Source: Acholeplasma sp.
GTDB taxonomy: Bacteria > Bacillota_I > Bacilli_A > Acholeplasmatales > UBA5453
Length of the DNA: 64,000 bases
Direction: 5' to 3'
NCBI GenBank assembly: GCA_036677365.1
Contig: JAVBWN010000006.1
Location: forward strand, 8,919 to 72,918
The notes under the pieces were generated by a model. It searched no databases. It saw only the letters and a list, made by a program, of their open reading frames with translations, and was not told the origin of the DNA. The stretch's first letter is position 1. Every line of letters begins with the position of its first letter. Positions 38,654-48,934 of this stretch are shown here, piece by piece. Made by a program: the position numbers and the translations under genes.

Positions 38654-39145
38654 ATGAATAAGACAATTTTATTAATTGTTTTAACAACTTTGAGTTTATT
38701 ACTAGTTAGTTGTGCAGATTTTTCAGATTATAAGAATGTTAAAATACCAGATGACAATATTGGTAATGTAAAAATACCTAAACATTGGGAGTTTGAAGTT
38801 ATTGATGGCTGGATTCAAATTGTAGATATAGAAAAAGATGAAATCATTGGTGTGCAATGGCTTAAAGGGTTATATTATTACGTAGGTACAAATTTACATG
38901 ACGAAAGATCATTGAATCCATATTTTAATGAATATGAACGTACAGAGAGTGACTTAATGAGTGGCAATTCAAACGGTGCTCAATGGGGACATCACACTTG
39001 GGAAATATCTAGTGTTACATATAAGTATAGGTTTTTGCTTTTCATTGGTTCCGAAGACAGTTCTTATGAAATTCAAATTATTTTATTTGATGATACAATA
39101 GAAGATAATGTTTTAAGCAATATTGCGAAGTCGTACAAAAAATAA
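38654..39145 (+). CDS. Hypothetical lipoprotein
   Basis: Signal peptide with lipobox LVSC; RBS AGGT; AT-rich. Confidence 0.8.
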   Translation: MNKTILLIVLTTLSLLLVSCADFSDYKNVKIPDDNIGNVKIPKHWEFEVIDGWIQIVDIEKDEIIGVQWLKGLYYYVGTNLHDERSLNPYFNEYERTESDLMSGNSNGAQWGHHTWEISSVTYKYRFLLFIGSEDSSYEIQIILFDDTIEDNVLSNIAKSYKK

Positions 39146-39421
39146 CACTCGTCAACGAGTACAGCAAGACAGCCTATGACTAAGCATTAGAAACAGCTAA
39201 TATTGAATTGACCGAACTATTAAGATTCGAATGATTACGTAGGGTTTATAAAGGAATAATTAATCAGAAAATCACGATTCGTTGGTTTAGGTCATAGTAT
39301 TTTTGAAGAGTCGAATAGACTTGAGGTATTAATACCATCCCTGATTTTTGAAGGTTCAGTGTCCAGAAGAGCAATCATATATGATTTTGTGCAATATATT
39401 AGGAACCGGGGTGAATGAGTC

Positions 39422-39964
39422 GTGAAAAAGAAATTATTAGTAATCATTTTGTTATGTACTTCAGTACTGCTAATGAGTTGCTCTGCATCCAAAAAGATTT
39501 TGAGTAATATAGATGATTATGATGAATATATTTCTGAAGTTAATGGTGCAGAAACTTTTATGCCACTTATAAGTGAAATAGGGCTTTACGAATCTATACA
39601 TGTATATTTTTATACAGTGGATTTTGTATTTGTAAGTCAATCACTCAATCTGATTGTTACCTATAATGAGAATGACTATTTAGAGATTAAAAATGGTATG
39701 GATGCGAAATATAAATTCATTAAGGAACCGATTATAATTGGAAAAGATACATATATCATCCCAACTGTAGATACTACAGTGAATGGTTTTTATATAAGGG
39801 TCGTTGAGGATGAAAGTTTTATCTATCCGAAAAAATTCGGCATGATAGGCGTTTCAGACTCGACATTTCAAGTTTGTTATATGTTTTATTACGATTGGGA
39901 TTATGATGTTATATCGAACATGTCAGATTTTGTGAATTATAATTTCATTTTTTCGGATAATTAG
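39422..39964 (+). CDS. Hypothetical lipoprotein
   Basis: GTG start, KKK then hydrophobic stretch, lipobox LMSC; AT-rich. Confidence 0.78.
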   Translation: MKKKLLVIILLCTSVLLMSCSASKKILSNIDDYDEYISEVNGAETFMPLISEIGLYESIHVYFYTVDFVFVSQSLNLIVTYNENDYLEIKNGMDAKYKFIKEPIIIGKDTYIIPTVDTTVNGFYIRVVEDESFIYPKKFGMIGVSDSTFQVCYMFYYDWDYDVISNMSDFVNYNFIFSDN

Positions 39965-40106
39965 GTAAGATAGTTGCTTTTAATACCTTAAAGTGTACAC
40001 GATATATGAGAACATTTTGCATGTGAGATACATTTAAACACTGACATATAATGATCTGATTTATTCTCGAAGAAGTTAAAAACATCAGCGTTAAACAAAC
40101 TAAATA

Positions 40107-40150
40107 AAAACACGCATAATTGTCAATCCTGGCTAAATTATGCGTGTTTT
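40107..40150. terminator. Long hairpin, probable terminator
   Basis: AAAACACGCATAATT-14 nt-AATTATGCGTGTTTT (15-bp perfect stem). Confidence 0.7.
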
Positions 40151-40180
40151 GAGTTATACTATATAAAGGAGGGCATAACT

Positions 40181-41509
40181 ATGTTAGATTTTAAATTACT
40201 ATCAATTGATGAACAAAAATTATATCTAGAAACACTTCATGGTTATGACCTGAAAGAACTATATGAATTCTTAGATGAAGATGCTCAAGAAACCTTATTC
40301 GATTTATTAGATGATACCCAAAAAGCAGATTTATTGTCTTATCTTAATGTGGATGACGCAGCTCAAATTGTTGAAACCTTAGATGCTGAAGAAACCGCGG
40401 ACATCTTAAATGAGATGGATCCCGATGACGCGATGGACATCATCAATGAACTCGAAGAAGAAACAACCCAAGAGTTCATGGATAAGCTTGAACCTGAACT
40501 CAAAGAAGACATCCTATCTTTAAGGTCTTATGAAGATTTTGAAACAGGGTCAATCATGAATACCGATTTCATCACACTCACGACCGATTTAGATGTCAAA
40601 GAAGCGATGAAAAAACTCATCGCTGAAGCCCCAAAAGTTGAAACCATATCGACTTTATTTGTGGTGGATAAACACGATACCTTTTTGGGTATTGTGCCTT
40701 TAAAGAAACTCATCAAAGCGAAATCACCTTGTGATATCGAATCGATATATGAACCAGCCCTCTTTGTTCTAGATACCGATGACAAAGAAGAAACAGCCAC
40801 CCTCATCCAAGAAGAAGGGATTAACATCTTACCGGTTTTGGATGAAAACCACATCTTAAAAGGCATCGTTACGGTCGATGATGCGATCGATACTTATGAA
40901 GATGAAATGATTGAAGACTTCCAAAAAATGACTGCTTTAAGAGAAGAACACACCGATTCGACATTCTTCAGTGCTTTGAAGCGTTTGCCCTGGCTGGTGG
41001 TATTGTTGTTATTAGCCCTACCCATCGCCAATCTAGCTTTACAATTTGAAGGGGTCTTAAAAGACTATACCATCATCATCATTTTACAACCCCTCATCCT
41101 ATCGATGATTGGGAATGCGGGGACACAGACCTTAACCTTTAGCTTAATCATGATTGCAGATAATGAACCATCGAATGTCGTGAAAAGAAATATATTCTAT
41201 GAGGTCTCTGCCGCTGCTTTTTCCGGGATATTACTTTCAATCATTTCCTTTATCGTTACGATTGGATTCATCATTTTGAACCCGAGTTTATCCGAAGACC
41301 CGATTATTTTCGCAAGTATCGTTGGCTTAAGTGTATTGTTGTCTTTAATCATTGGAACATTCTTCTCAGCGATCATCCCGGTATTGATTAGCAAGACTGG
41401 ATTGGATCCAGCCAGTGCTTCAGGACCCTTATTAACCACCGTGATTGACATCACAACCATATTAACTTATTACGGGATTGCTACCCTCATGATTGGGGTG
41501 TTATTATGA
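40181..41509 (+). CDS. mgtE: Magnesium transporter MgtE (N domain, CBS pair, 5 TM)
   Basis: Acidic N domain, GSIMNTDF, RLPWL, GNAGTQ, DPASASGPLLTTVID. Confidence 0.93.
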   Translation: MLDFKLLSIDEQKLYLETLHGYDLKELYEFLDEDAQETLFDLLDDTQKADLLSYLNVDDAAQIVETLDAEETADILNEMDPDDAMDIINELEEETTQEFMDKLEPELKEDILSLRSYEDFETGSIMNTDFITLTTDLDVKEAMKKLIAEAPKVETISTLFVVDKHDTFLGIVPLKKLIKAKSPCDIESIYEPALFVLDTDDKEETATLIQEEGINILPVLDENHILKGIVTVDDAIDTYEDEMIEDFQKMTALREEHTDSTFFSALKRLPWLVVLLLLALPIANLALQFEGVLKDYTIIIILQPLILSMIGNAGTQTLTFSLIMIADNEPSNVVKRNIFYEVSAAAFSGILLSIISFIVTIGFIILNPSLSEDPIIFASIVGLSVLLSLIIGTFFSAIIPVLISKTGLDPASASGPLLTTVIDITTILTYYGIATLMIGVLL

Positions 41510-42465
41510 ATCTAAGAGAAGTCATGAATACCCACATCCTTACTTTAAGTCCAACGATGGATGTTAAAGAAGCGATGAAGAAGGTTGTCAAACAATCCAA
41601 TGATGACACATTGATTGATATTTTGTATGTCACGCAAGATGATCAATTGGTTGGGGTTGTGGATTTAAAAGAATTGATCATTGCGAGAAGTCCAATCACA
41701 ATTGAGGCAATCATGCGTAAAAACTATCATTTTGTCTTTGAAGATGAACCAGTTTCAAAGGCCATCGATACCGTTCAAAAGTATGACCGAATCATGATTC
41801 CAATCTTATCTAAGACTAAGACATTATTAGGTGTCATCACCGCGGAAATGGCTTTAGATTTACTCGCTGAAGAAACCTTAGAAGACTACCATAAACTCGC
41901 ATCCTTAAACGAATACGATGTGCATTCAAAACCATTGATTCGAAGTAAAAAACGATTACCATGGCTGTTATTGTTGCTGGGGTTATCATTGATTACGGCT
42001 TCCGTACTCTCGTTCTTTGAAGCGACTTTACAAACCGTCATCATCTTGGTTTTATTTCAACCGATGATTTTAGATTCCGCCGGTAACATTTCCACCCAAT
42101 CGCTTGCGAAAGCCATCCTTGTCATCAACGATGACCCGGATGCGGATATGAAACCATTCATCATCAAAGAGTTACTCATTGGTTTGATGAATTCAACCTT
42201 CTTGGCGTTGGTTGGGTTTACGTTCAGCTATCTATTCTTGTGGGTATTCCAAAATAACAACGTAGACATTAAAGTCAGTTTCACCGTAGGTTTGGCTTTA
42301 TTTGTTGCTTTACTCGTCGGTGCCGTCACAGGGGCATTTGTACCGATGATTTTAAGAAAAATGAAGATTGACCCATCGGTTGCGTCAGGACCATTCATGA
42401 CCACACTCAATGACGTTATAGCCTTGACCATTTACTTTTCTCTCGCGACCCTCATTCTATTATAA
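41506..42465 (+). CDS. mgtE: Second MgtE paralog lacking the N domain (CBS pair plus 5 TM)
   Basis: Starts at CBS1 (REVMNTH), RLPWL, GNISTQ, DPSVASGPFMTTLND. Confidence 0.9.
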   Translation: MNLREVMNTHILTLSPTMDVKEAMKKVVKQSNDDTLIDILYVTQDDQLVGVVDLKELIIARSPITIEAIMRKNYHFVFEDEPVSKAIDTVQKYDRIMIPILSKTKTLLGVITAEMALDLLAEETLEDYHKLASLNEYDVHSKPLIRSKKRLPWLLLLLGLSLITASVLSFFEATLQTVIILVLFQPMILDSAGNISTQSLAKAILVINDDPDADMKPFIIKELLIGLMNSTFLALVGFTFSYLFLWVFQNNNVDIKVSFTVGLALFVALLVGAVTGAFVPMILRKMKIDPSVASGPFMTTLNDVIALTIYFSLATLILL

Positions 42466-42478
42466 AAGGAGATTTCAG

Positions 42479-43981
42479 ATGAATCATTTAGATGTTTACC
42501 TAGCTTCAAGAAAACAAAAATTAGCTTATCAATATGCCTTATGGTTATTGTCTTGGGACCAAGAAACCGAAACACCGAACGATGCGATGCAATACAGAAG
42601 TGATCAAATCGAAGTGTTGTCCACCCTCGCTTATGAGGTAGAGATGGATCCAAAACGCATTGAAGCAATTGATTTTTTAGCACTCAACTCAGAAACATTA
42701 ACTGAGGACTTAAAAGTTGAGATCAAACGTGTGAAGAAGGATTTGGATCAACTCAGAAAAATCCCAAAACAAGATTACATCGATTTCCAAGTCTTGTTAT
42801 CACAAGCTGGACACATTTGGTCCAATGCGAAAAAGAACAACGATTTTGCTTCTTATTTACCAACCCTTGAAAAAGTCATCAGCTATCAAAAGAAATTAGT
42901 CAAATACCTTTCAACCGATACAGTTAAAGGCTATGACGTGCTTTTAGATATGTACGAACCAGGCATGACTGTGGTAGATTATGACCATTTCTTTGAGACA
43001 TTAAAAACCGATTTAGTGCCGTTTGTGATGAAGGCTGCTAAAGTCAAACAATCGTTATCTAAAAAACTCATCAAGGGACATTTTTCAAAAGACCAACAAA
43101 TCGCGTTTAATACCTATTTACTCGATGTATTTAAATACGATCAAAATAAAGGGGTATTGAAACAAAGTGCCCACCCATTCACGTCTGGGGTCGCGAGTGT
43201 CGATACCCGTATCACCACCGCGTACCATGAAGACGATGTGAGAAGTGCGATTTTCTCTACCATCCATGAAATGGGACACGCGATTTATGAACAACAAGTG
43301 AAGCCGGAATACGATTATACCGAACTCAAAGGTGGCGTATCGATGGGGATACACGAATCACAGTCCCGTTTCTATGAAAACATGATTGGCCGTAGTGAAG
43401 CCTTTTGGGACACCCATTATGACAAACTCGTTGAAACTTTCCCTAAAGCGCTTAAAGGGGTAAGCAAACAAGCATTCATCCTATACATCAACCAAGTCAA
43501 ACGTGACTTCATCCGAGTTGAAGCCGATGAACTCACCTATAGCTTGCATGTGATGGTTCGTTATGAAATTGAAAAACAACTATTCAATGGTAAACTCCAA
43601 GCAAAAGACCTACCTAAAATATGGAATAAACTCTATAAGAAATATCTCGGGTTAACACCGAAAACAGATACCGAAGGTGTCTTACAAGACATCCACTGGG
43701 CATTTGGTTCATTTGGGTATTTCCCAACCTACGCACTCGGTTCAGCGATTTCCGCTCAAATCTATCACCGTATGAATCAGGATTTCAACATTGAACAAGT
43801 GGTCAGAGATAATGAAATCGTTAAGATCAATGCGTGGTTAAAAGAAAAAATTCACCAATATGGTAAATCCATTGAACCAAAAACACTCATCTTACAAGCC
43901 ACCAATGAACCATTTAACCCACAATATTATGTGAATTATTTGAAAGAAAAATACTCGAAGATTTTAAACATCGAGGCCTAG
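42479..43981 (+). CDS. Carboxypeptidase M32 (Taq-type)
   Basis: HPF, HEMGH, HESQS, IRVEADE, QDIHW, GYFPTYALG. Confidence 0.95.
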   Translation: MNHLDVYLASRKQKLAYQYALWLLSWDQETETPNDAMQYRSDQIEVLSTLAYEVEMDPKRIEAIDFLALNSETLTEDLKVEIKRVKKDLDQLRKIPKQDYIDFQVLLSQAGHIWSNAKKNNDFASYLPTLEKVISYQKKLVKYLSTDTVKGYDVLLDMYEPGMTVVDYDHFFETLKTDLVPFVMKAAKVKQSLSKKLIKGHFSKDQQIAFNTYLLDVFKYDQNKGVLKQSAHPFTSGVASVDTRITTAYHEDDVRSAIFSTIHEMGHAIYEQQVKPEYDYTELKGGVSMGIHESQSRFYENMIGRSEAFWDTHYDKLVETFPKALKGVSKQAFILYINQVKRDFIRVEADELTYSLHVMVRYEIEKQLFNGKLQAKDLPKIWNKLYKKYLGLTPKTDTEGVLQDIHWAFGSFGYFPTYALGSAISAQIYHRMNQDFNIEQVVRDNEIVKINAWLKEKIHQYGKSIEPKTLILQATNEPFNPQYYVNYLKEKYSKILNIEA

Positions 43982-43989
43982 GAGGGCTT

Positions 43990-45186
43990 ATGCAATCCCT
44001 ACGTAAACTATACAAGATTGGCCATGGTCCCTCATCGTCTCATACAATGGGACCCGGATTCGCAGCAGAATTTGTCAAAAACAAGCACCAAAACGCGACC
44101 CATTATGTCGTGACTTTATACAACTCTCTAGCCCTTACAGGTAAAGGCCATTTAACCGATGCCATCATCGAACAAACCCTTAAACCTAAGCCAGTCACAT
44201 TTAAATTTAACGTTGACGTTAAACAACACCCCAACTATTTCGTGTTCGAGGTGTTTGAACACGACACCTTATTAGACACCATTTCAGTGCGTTCCATTGG
44301 GGGTGGAGACATCTTATTTGATAAGGAAGAAAACCACATCGAAATGGTTTACCCACACCAATCGTTTGATGAGATTAAAGCGTATTGTTTAGCGAATAAC
44401 ATCAATCTATACCAATATGTGAAAGCTTTTGAAGGCGTATCCATCGATGATTTCTTAGGTGAGATCTGGCAACAACTTCAAAGTACCGTTGAAAAAGGCT
44501 TAAAAACCGAAGGCGTTTTACCAGGTGACCTCAAAGTCCAACGTAAAGCGAAAACCTTGATGGACCGCGCGAAAGCCACCGAAACGGAAGCTCAAAAACA
44601 AAACCGTTTGGTCTCTGCGTATGCATTCGCGGCCTCTGAAGAAAATGGGTCTGGTGGGATCATCGTCACCGCACCTACTTGTGGGGCATCCGGTGTCTTA
44701 CCAGCGGTGTTATATTACATGAAACACCACCAAGGGATTTCGGATCAAAAGATCATCGAATCCCTAGCGGTTGCCGGCATCATTGGCAATGTCATCAAAA
44801 CCAACGCCACCATTTCAGGCGCGGTCGGTGGGTGTCAAGCCGAAGTGGGTTCAGCGTGTTCTATGACCGCAGCAGCCCATGCGTATTTATCTGAATTAGA
44901 AATTGAACAAATTGAATACGCAGCAGAAATCGCGATGGAACACCACTTAGGGCTAACCTGTGATCCGATTGACGGGTATGTTCAAATCCCATGTATCGAA
45001 AGAAACGCGGTTGCAGGCATTCGTGCCATCAACGCTTCAGGCTTGTCGGGATTTTTAAGTGATACCAGAAAAATATCCTTTGATATGATCGTCCATACGA
45101 TGTATCAAACCGGATTAGATATGCATCCAAAATACAAAGAAACGGCCGAAGCTGGGATGGCCTATTTCTACAAACAAAAGAAATGA
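43990..45186 (+). CDS. sdaA: Iron-sulfur L-serine ammonia-lyase (fused alpha/beta)
   Basis: IGHGPSSSHTMGP, APTCGASG, GGCQAEVG, HHLGLTCDP, PCIERN. Confidence 0.95.
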   Translation: MQSLRKLYKIGHGPSSSHTMGPGFAAEFVKNKHQNATHYVVTLYNSLALTGKGHLTDAIIEQTLKPKPVTFKFNVDVKQHPNYFVFEVFEHDTLLDTISVRSIGGGDILFDKEENHIEMVYPHQSFDEIKAYCLANNINLYQYVKAFEGVSIDDFLGEIWQQLQSTVEKGLKTEGVLPGDLKVQRKAKTLMDRAKATETEAQKQNRLVSAYAFAASEENGSGGIIVTAPTCGASGVLPAVLYYMKHHQGISDQKIIESLAVAGIIGNVIKTNATISGAVGGCQAEVGSACSMTAAAHAYLSELEIEQIEYAAEIAMEHHLGLTCDPIDGYVQIPCIERNAVAGIRAINASGLSGFLSDTRKISFDMIVHTMYQTGLDMHPKYKETAEAGMAYFYKQKK

Positions 45187-46460
45187 ACGAACCCATCATG
45201 TTAACAGCCCTCGACCTCGATTACCAAGGTCAAGGCGTCTGTCGTTATCAAGATAAAGTGGTATTTGTGAAAGGCATGTTGAAGGGTGAAACCGGTTTGG
45301 TTCGCATTTTAAAAGATAAGAAATCGTATTTTATCGGCGAACTCTTAAACCTAAAAACCCGAAGTAACCAACGCGTGGATGTAACAAACCCAGATGACCT
45401 ACACTACGCACCCCTGTTACATTTATCGATACCTGCACAACTGGAGTGGCAACAAAAAATCACCGAAGAAACGTTCAGAAAGATTGCGAAAATGGATGTG
45501 TCTATCGACCCCATTCTTTATGATAAAAGAGATTTAGGGTATCGTAATAAAATCACTGTACATGTCGTAAAACAAGAGCGGCTTAGAATTGGGGTATTCG
45601 CTTCACAAAGCCATCGTTTGTACCCTATAAAACATATGATTTTGGCTGCCGATGTGATTCAAAAAGCACTCGATAAGTTGAATGAAGTCTTTCAAATGGT
45701 ATCGCTACAGGACGATACATTGAAACACATTACGATCCGTAGTCACCAACAAAAAGTGATGATCATTTTCTCAACCACACAAAAAACGTGGATTGAAAAA
45801 GACACCATACTTGCGCATTTAAACTTACCGTTTATCACATCCATCTATCAAAACATCCTAGATTCTGATTTTGAAAACTTAGGCAAAGAATCCATCCTCC
45901 TCTATGGTGAAGAGGCGTTAGAAATTCAATTTGGTGGATTAAAATTCCCTGTGAAACCAGGCGCATTCTTCCAAGTCAATACACCAGTAGCGCTCAAAAT
46001 GTATGAAAAAGTGAAAGCTTTGATTACAGGAAAAAACGTCATCGATGCGTATGCAGGGATGGCGTCTATAGGGCAGTTCATTTCATCCAATGTCGATCGA
46101 GTCTATGCAATCGAATCGAATCCTGACGCAGTAGAATCGGCCAAATTATCGATTGAAAACAATCAAATTAAAAACGTTGAAGTGATTGAGAACGATGTTG
46201 CTTTAGCCATCGAACAATACCTATCAAAAGCCGACACGATTGTCTTTGACCCACCAAGAAGTGGACTAGATGACACCACCAAAGCCATGTTACTAGAAAA
46301 ACCTGTTTCAGAAATCATTTATGTGTCTTGTGACTTAAAGACACTGGTAAGAGACATCAATACTTTAAAAACCATCTACAAAGTAACCTCTGTGACCCCG
46401 GTTAAAATGTTCTTCCATACCGTTGAAACAGAAACGATTGTCAGACTAGAAAAAATGTGA
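45183..46460 (+). CDS. rlmD: 23S rRNA (uracil-5-)-methyltransferase RlmD/RumA family
   Basis: N-terminal TRAM, YRNK, AFFQVN, DAYAGMA, DPPRSG, catalytic YVSC. Confidence 0.88.
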   Translation: MNEPIMLTALDLDYQGQGVCRYQDKVVFVKGMLKGETGLVRILKDKKSYFIGELLNLKTRSNQRVDVTNPDDLHYAPLLHLSIPAQLEWQQKITEETFRKIAKMDVSIDPILYDKRDLGYRNKITVHVVKQERLRIGVFASQSHRLYPIKHMILAADVIQKALDKLNEVFQMVSLQDDTLKHITIRSHQQKVMIIFSTTQKTWIEKDTILAHLNLPFITSIYQNILDSDFENLGKESILLYGEEALEIQFGGLKFPVKPGAFFQVNTPVALKMYEKVKALITGKNVIDAYAGMASIGQFISSNVDRVYAIESNPDAVESAKLSIENNQIKNVEVIENDVALAIEQYLSKADTIVFDPPRSGLDDTTKAMLLEKPVSEIIYVSCDLKTLVRDINTLKTIYKVTSVTPVKMFFHTVETETIVRLEKM

Positions 46461-46575
46461 AAGTTAATATATTTTACTAAACTAATTCATACAATGTAAA
46501 AAACGGGTAATATTTGATTCAAACTGAAATGATAGTGATATAATGACCTCATCCAAGAAATGAGGTTTTTATTTT

Positions 46576-48885
46576 ATGCTTAAACTACAACACATTAAAA
46601 AGGACTATATGATTGCGGGAAAACCATTCACTGCACTTCATGACATCAACTTAACATTTGATCGTAGCGAATTTGTTGCAATACTGGGGCCATCCGGTTG
46701 TGGGAAGACCACATTATTAAACCTGATTGGTGGTTTGGACCAATATACCTCAGGGGATTTAGTCATTGAAAACAAATCCACCAAACGGTTTGATGACCGC
46801 GACTGGGATGCGTATCGAAACAACAAAGTCGGGTTTATTTTCCAAAATTACAACCTCATCAACCATATCTCCATCATCGAAAACGTAGAGCTTGGGATGA
46901 CTTTGGCTGGTAAATCATCTGAAGAACGTCGATTAATAGCAGAAGCGGTCTTAAAACGTGTAGGCCTAGAAGACCAAATGTACAAACGTTCCGCCCAATT
47001 ATCGGGTGGTCAGAAACAAAGGGTTGCGATTGCAAGAGCGTTAGCGAATGACCCAGAAATCATCTTAGCCGATGAACCCACAGGGGCGTTGGATTCGGTC
47101 ACCTCAGTTCAAATTTTGGAACTCATTCAAGAAATCTCCAAAGAAAAACTCGTCATTATGGTGACCCACAATCAAGACTTAGCAGATACCTATGCCACCA
47201 GAACGATTCGATTGCTCGATGGTAATGTCGTATCTGATACCAAAGTTCAATCCAAAGAAATCAAAGAAGATACCATCTATACCCCAAAGAAAACATCGAT
47301 GTCTTATCTACAAGCCATCAAGTTATCTTTTAACAACTTAAGAACCAAACTCGCTAGAACCCTCATCACAGCGTTCGCTGGGTCGATTGGGATCATCGGG
47401 GTACTCCTCGTATTAGGGGTGGGGAATGGATTCAATAAAACCGTCTCTGATTTGGAACGTGGGGCTTTGGTTTCCATCCCAATCATGATCAATCAATACT
47501 CAGTAACCTTCGGACCACCAGACTTTAATGCACCTGAACCCGTATCGGATGGATTCATTAAACCCTATGATTCAAGTGTACCTCAACAAGCGTATTTGAA
47601 TAACTTATCCCCTGAATTCATTGCTTATCTTGAAGCGAATTTGAATCCTGCGGATTATACGACCATCGAATATGAATACGCCATTCAAACGTTACTCTTA
47701 CAAGAACAAAATGGCTTGTACCGTACCGTAGACAAAGGTGCGATTACCTTTGGACAAACGAACAAACCATTTTTAAATGAGTATTTTGATGTCATGGCAG
47801 GATCATTGACTGTAAATGACCCGAATGTCTATGAAATATTCATTTTATTGAACGATGAATATGGTGTCGATAAACGTGTATTAGAAGCTTTCAATTTACC
47901 AATCGATGGATCGGTGGAATATACTGATTTGATTGGTAAAACCTTGGTTTCACCTTATTATAATGATTATTATGTCGCTGATTCCACGACCATTGCAGGA
48001 AAGACCATCTTTGATGAAAACCCGGATTTATCCGTCGCTTTCAACAACGGTATGGTACTTAAAGTATCTGCAATTTTAGCCCCTAAAGCTGAAAATGTAT
48101 TTACCATCGATGATGGTGTCTATCATTTAGATGATTTCAATCAAGTCTTATTGAGTAATGCACTAACCAGTGATATAGGGATTGCACAACAAAACTCAAA
48201 TTATTATGTGATTGAATTTAAAGCTCAAGGTCAAAGCACCAGACCCGCTGGTGCGAACTTTTTTGTAGAAGCATTAGAAAGACCGCTCATTGAGTCCTTC
48301 TTAGGTGTGGATCAAAAACCAGTATCTATCAGCATTTATCCAGTATCTTACGAATCCAAAGAAGGTATCATCAATGTCATGGATGCTTACAATAAAGCCG
48401 CAGCAGAAGGCGATCAAATCATCTATTTAGACCTCGCTGAAACCATTGGTTCAGCCTTAGGTAGTGTGGTGAACATGATTTCAATTGTGTTGGTCATTTT
48501 CGCTGGTATATCGTTAGTGGTATCCTCTATTATGATTGGTATCATCACCTATGTTTCAGTCATAGAACGTACCCAAGAAATTGGGGTACTCCGTGCCTTA
48601 GGTGCGAGAAAGAAAGATGTTAAGCGTGTATTCAACTCTGAAACCTTCCTCATCGGTTTAACCGCAGGTATTTTGGGTTCAGTGATTACGTACATCTTAT
48701 CCTTCCCAATCAACATCATTGTTGAAAACCTCAATGCTCAAATGGCGAACATTATGCAGCTATCGTGGGTGCATGTGCTTTCCATGATTGCCGTATCGAT
48801 TTCATTGACATTCATCGCTGGATTATTCCCTGCATCGCTAGCAGCAAAGAAGAACCCAGTCGAAGCATTAAGAGCGAACGACTAA
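46576..48885 (+). CDS. MacB-like ABC transporter, fused ATPase and FtsX permease
   Basis: GPSGCGKT, LSGGQKQR, LADEPTG; 1+3 TM layout with ERTQEIG.LRALG. Confidence 0.92.
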   Translation: MLKLQHIKKDYMIAGKPFTALHDINLTFDRSEFVAILGPSGCGKTTLLNLIGGLDQYTSGDLVIENKSTKRFDDRDWDAYRNNKVGFIFQNYNLINHISIIENVELGMTLAGKSSEERRLIAEAVLKRVGLEDQMYKRSAQLSGGQKQRVAIARALANDPEIILADEPTGALDSVTSVQILELIQEISKEKLVIMVTHNQDLADTYATRTIRLLDGNVVSDTKVQSKEIKEDTIYTPKKTSMSYLQAIKLSFNNLRTKLARTLITAFAGSIGIIGVLLVLGVGNGFNKTVSDLERGALVSIPIMINQYSVTFGPPDFNAPEPVSDGFIKPYDSSVPQQAYLNNLSPEFIAYLEANLNPADYTTIEYEYAIQTLLLQEQNGLYRTVDKGAITFGQTNKPFLNEYFDVMAGSLTVNDPNVYEIFILLNDEYGVDKRVLEAFNLPIDGSVEYTDLIGKTLVSPYYNDYYVADSTTIAGKTIFDENPDLSVAFNNGMVLKVSAILAPKAENVFTIDDGVYHLDDFNQVLLSNALTSDIGIAQQNSNYYVIEFKAQGQSTRPAGANFFVEALERPLIESFLGVDQKPVSISIYPVSYESKEGIINVMDAYNKAAAEGDQIIYLDLAETIGSALGSVVNMISIVLVIFAGISLVVSSIMIGIITYVSVIERTQEIGVLRALGARKKDVKRVFNSETFLIGLTAGILGSVITYILSFPINIIVENLNAQMANIMQLSWVHVLSMIAVSISLTFIAGLFPASLAAKKNPVEALRAND

Positions 48886-48934
48886 AAAATAAACGGTCAC
48901 TTTCAAATTTACTTGAAGGTGACCGTTTTGTTTT
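48886..48934. terminator. Bidirectional terminator
   Basis: AAACGGTCACTTTCAA...TTGAAGGTGACCGTTT between convergent genes. Confidence 0.8.

Noticed and set aside
39965-40180. M-box (ykoK) Mg riboswitch upstream of mgtE
   Set aside because: No conserved M-box sequence; only a simple 15-bp hairpin is present
46546-46566. Hairpin ACCTCAT-7 nt-ATGAGGT covering the RBS of the MacB-like ABC gene as an attenuator
   Set aside because: The -10 (TATAAT 46539) puts the transcription start inside the left arm, so the stem would mostly not be transcribed; short stem
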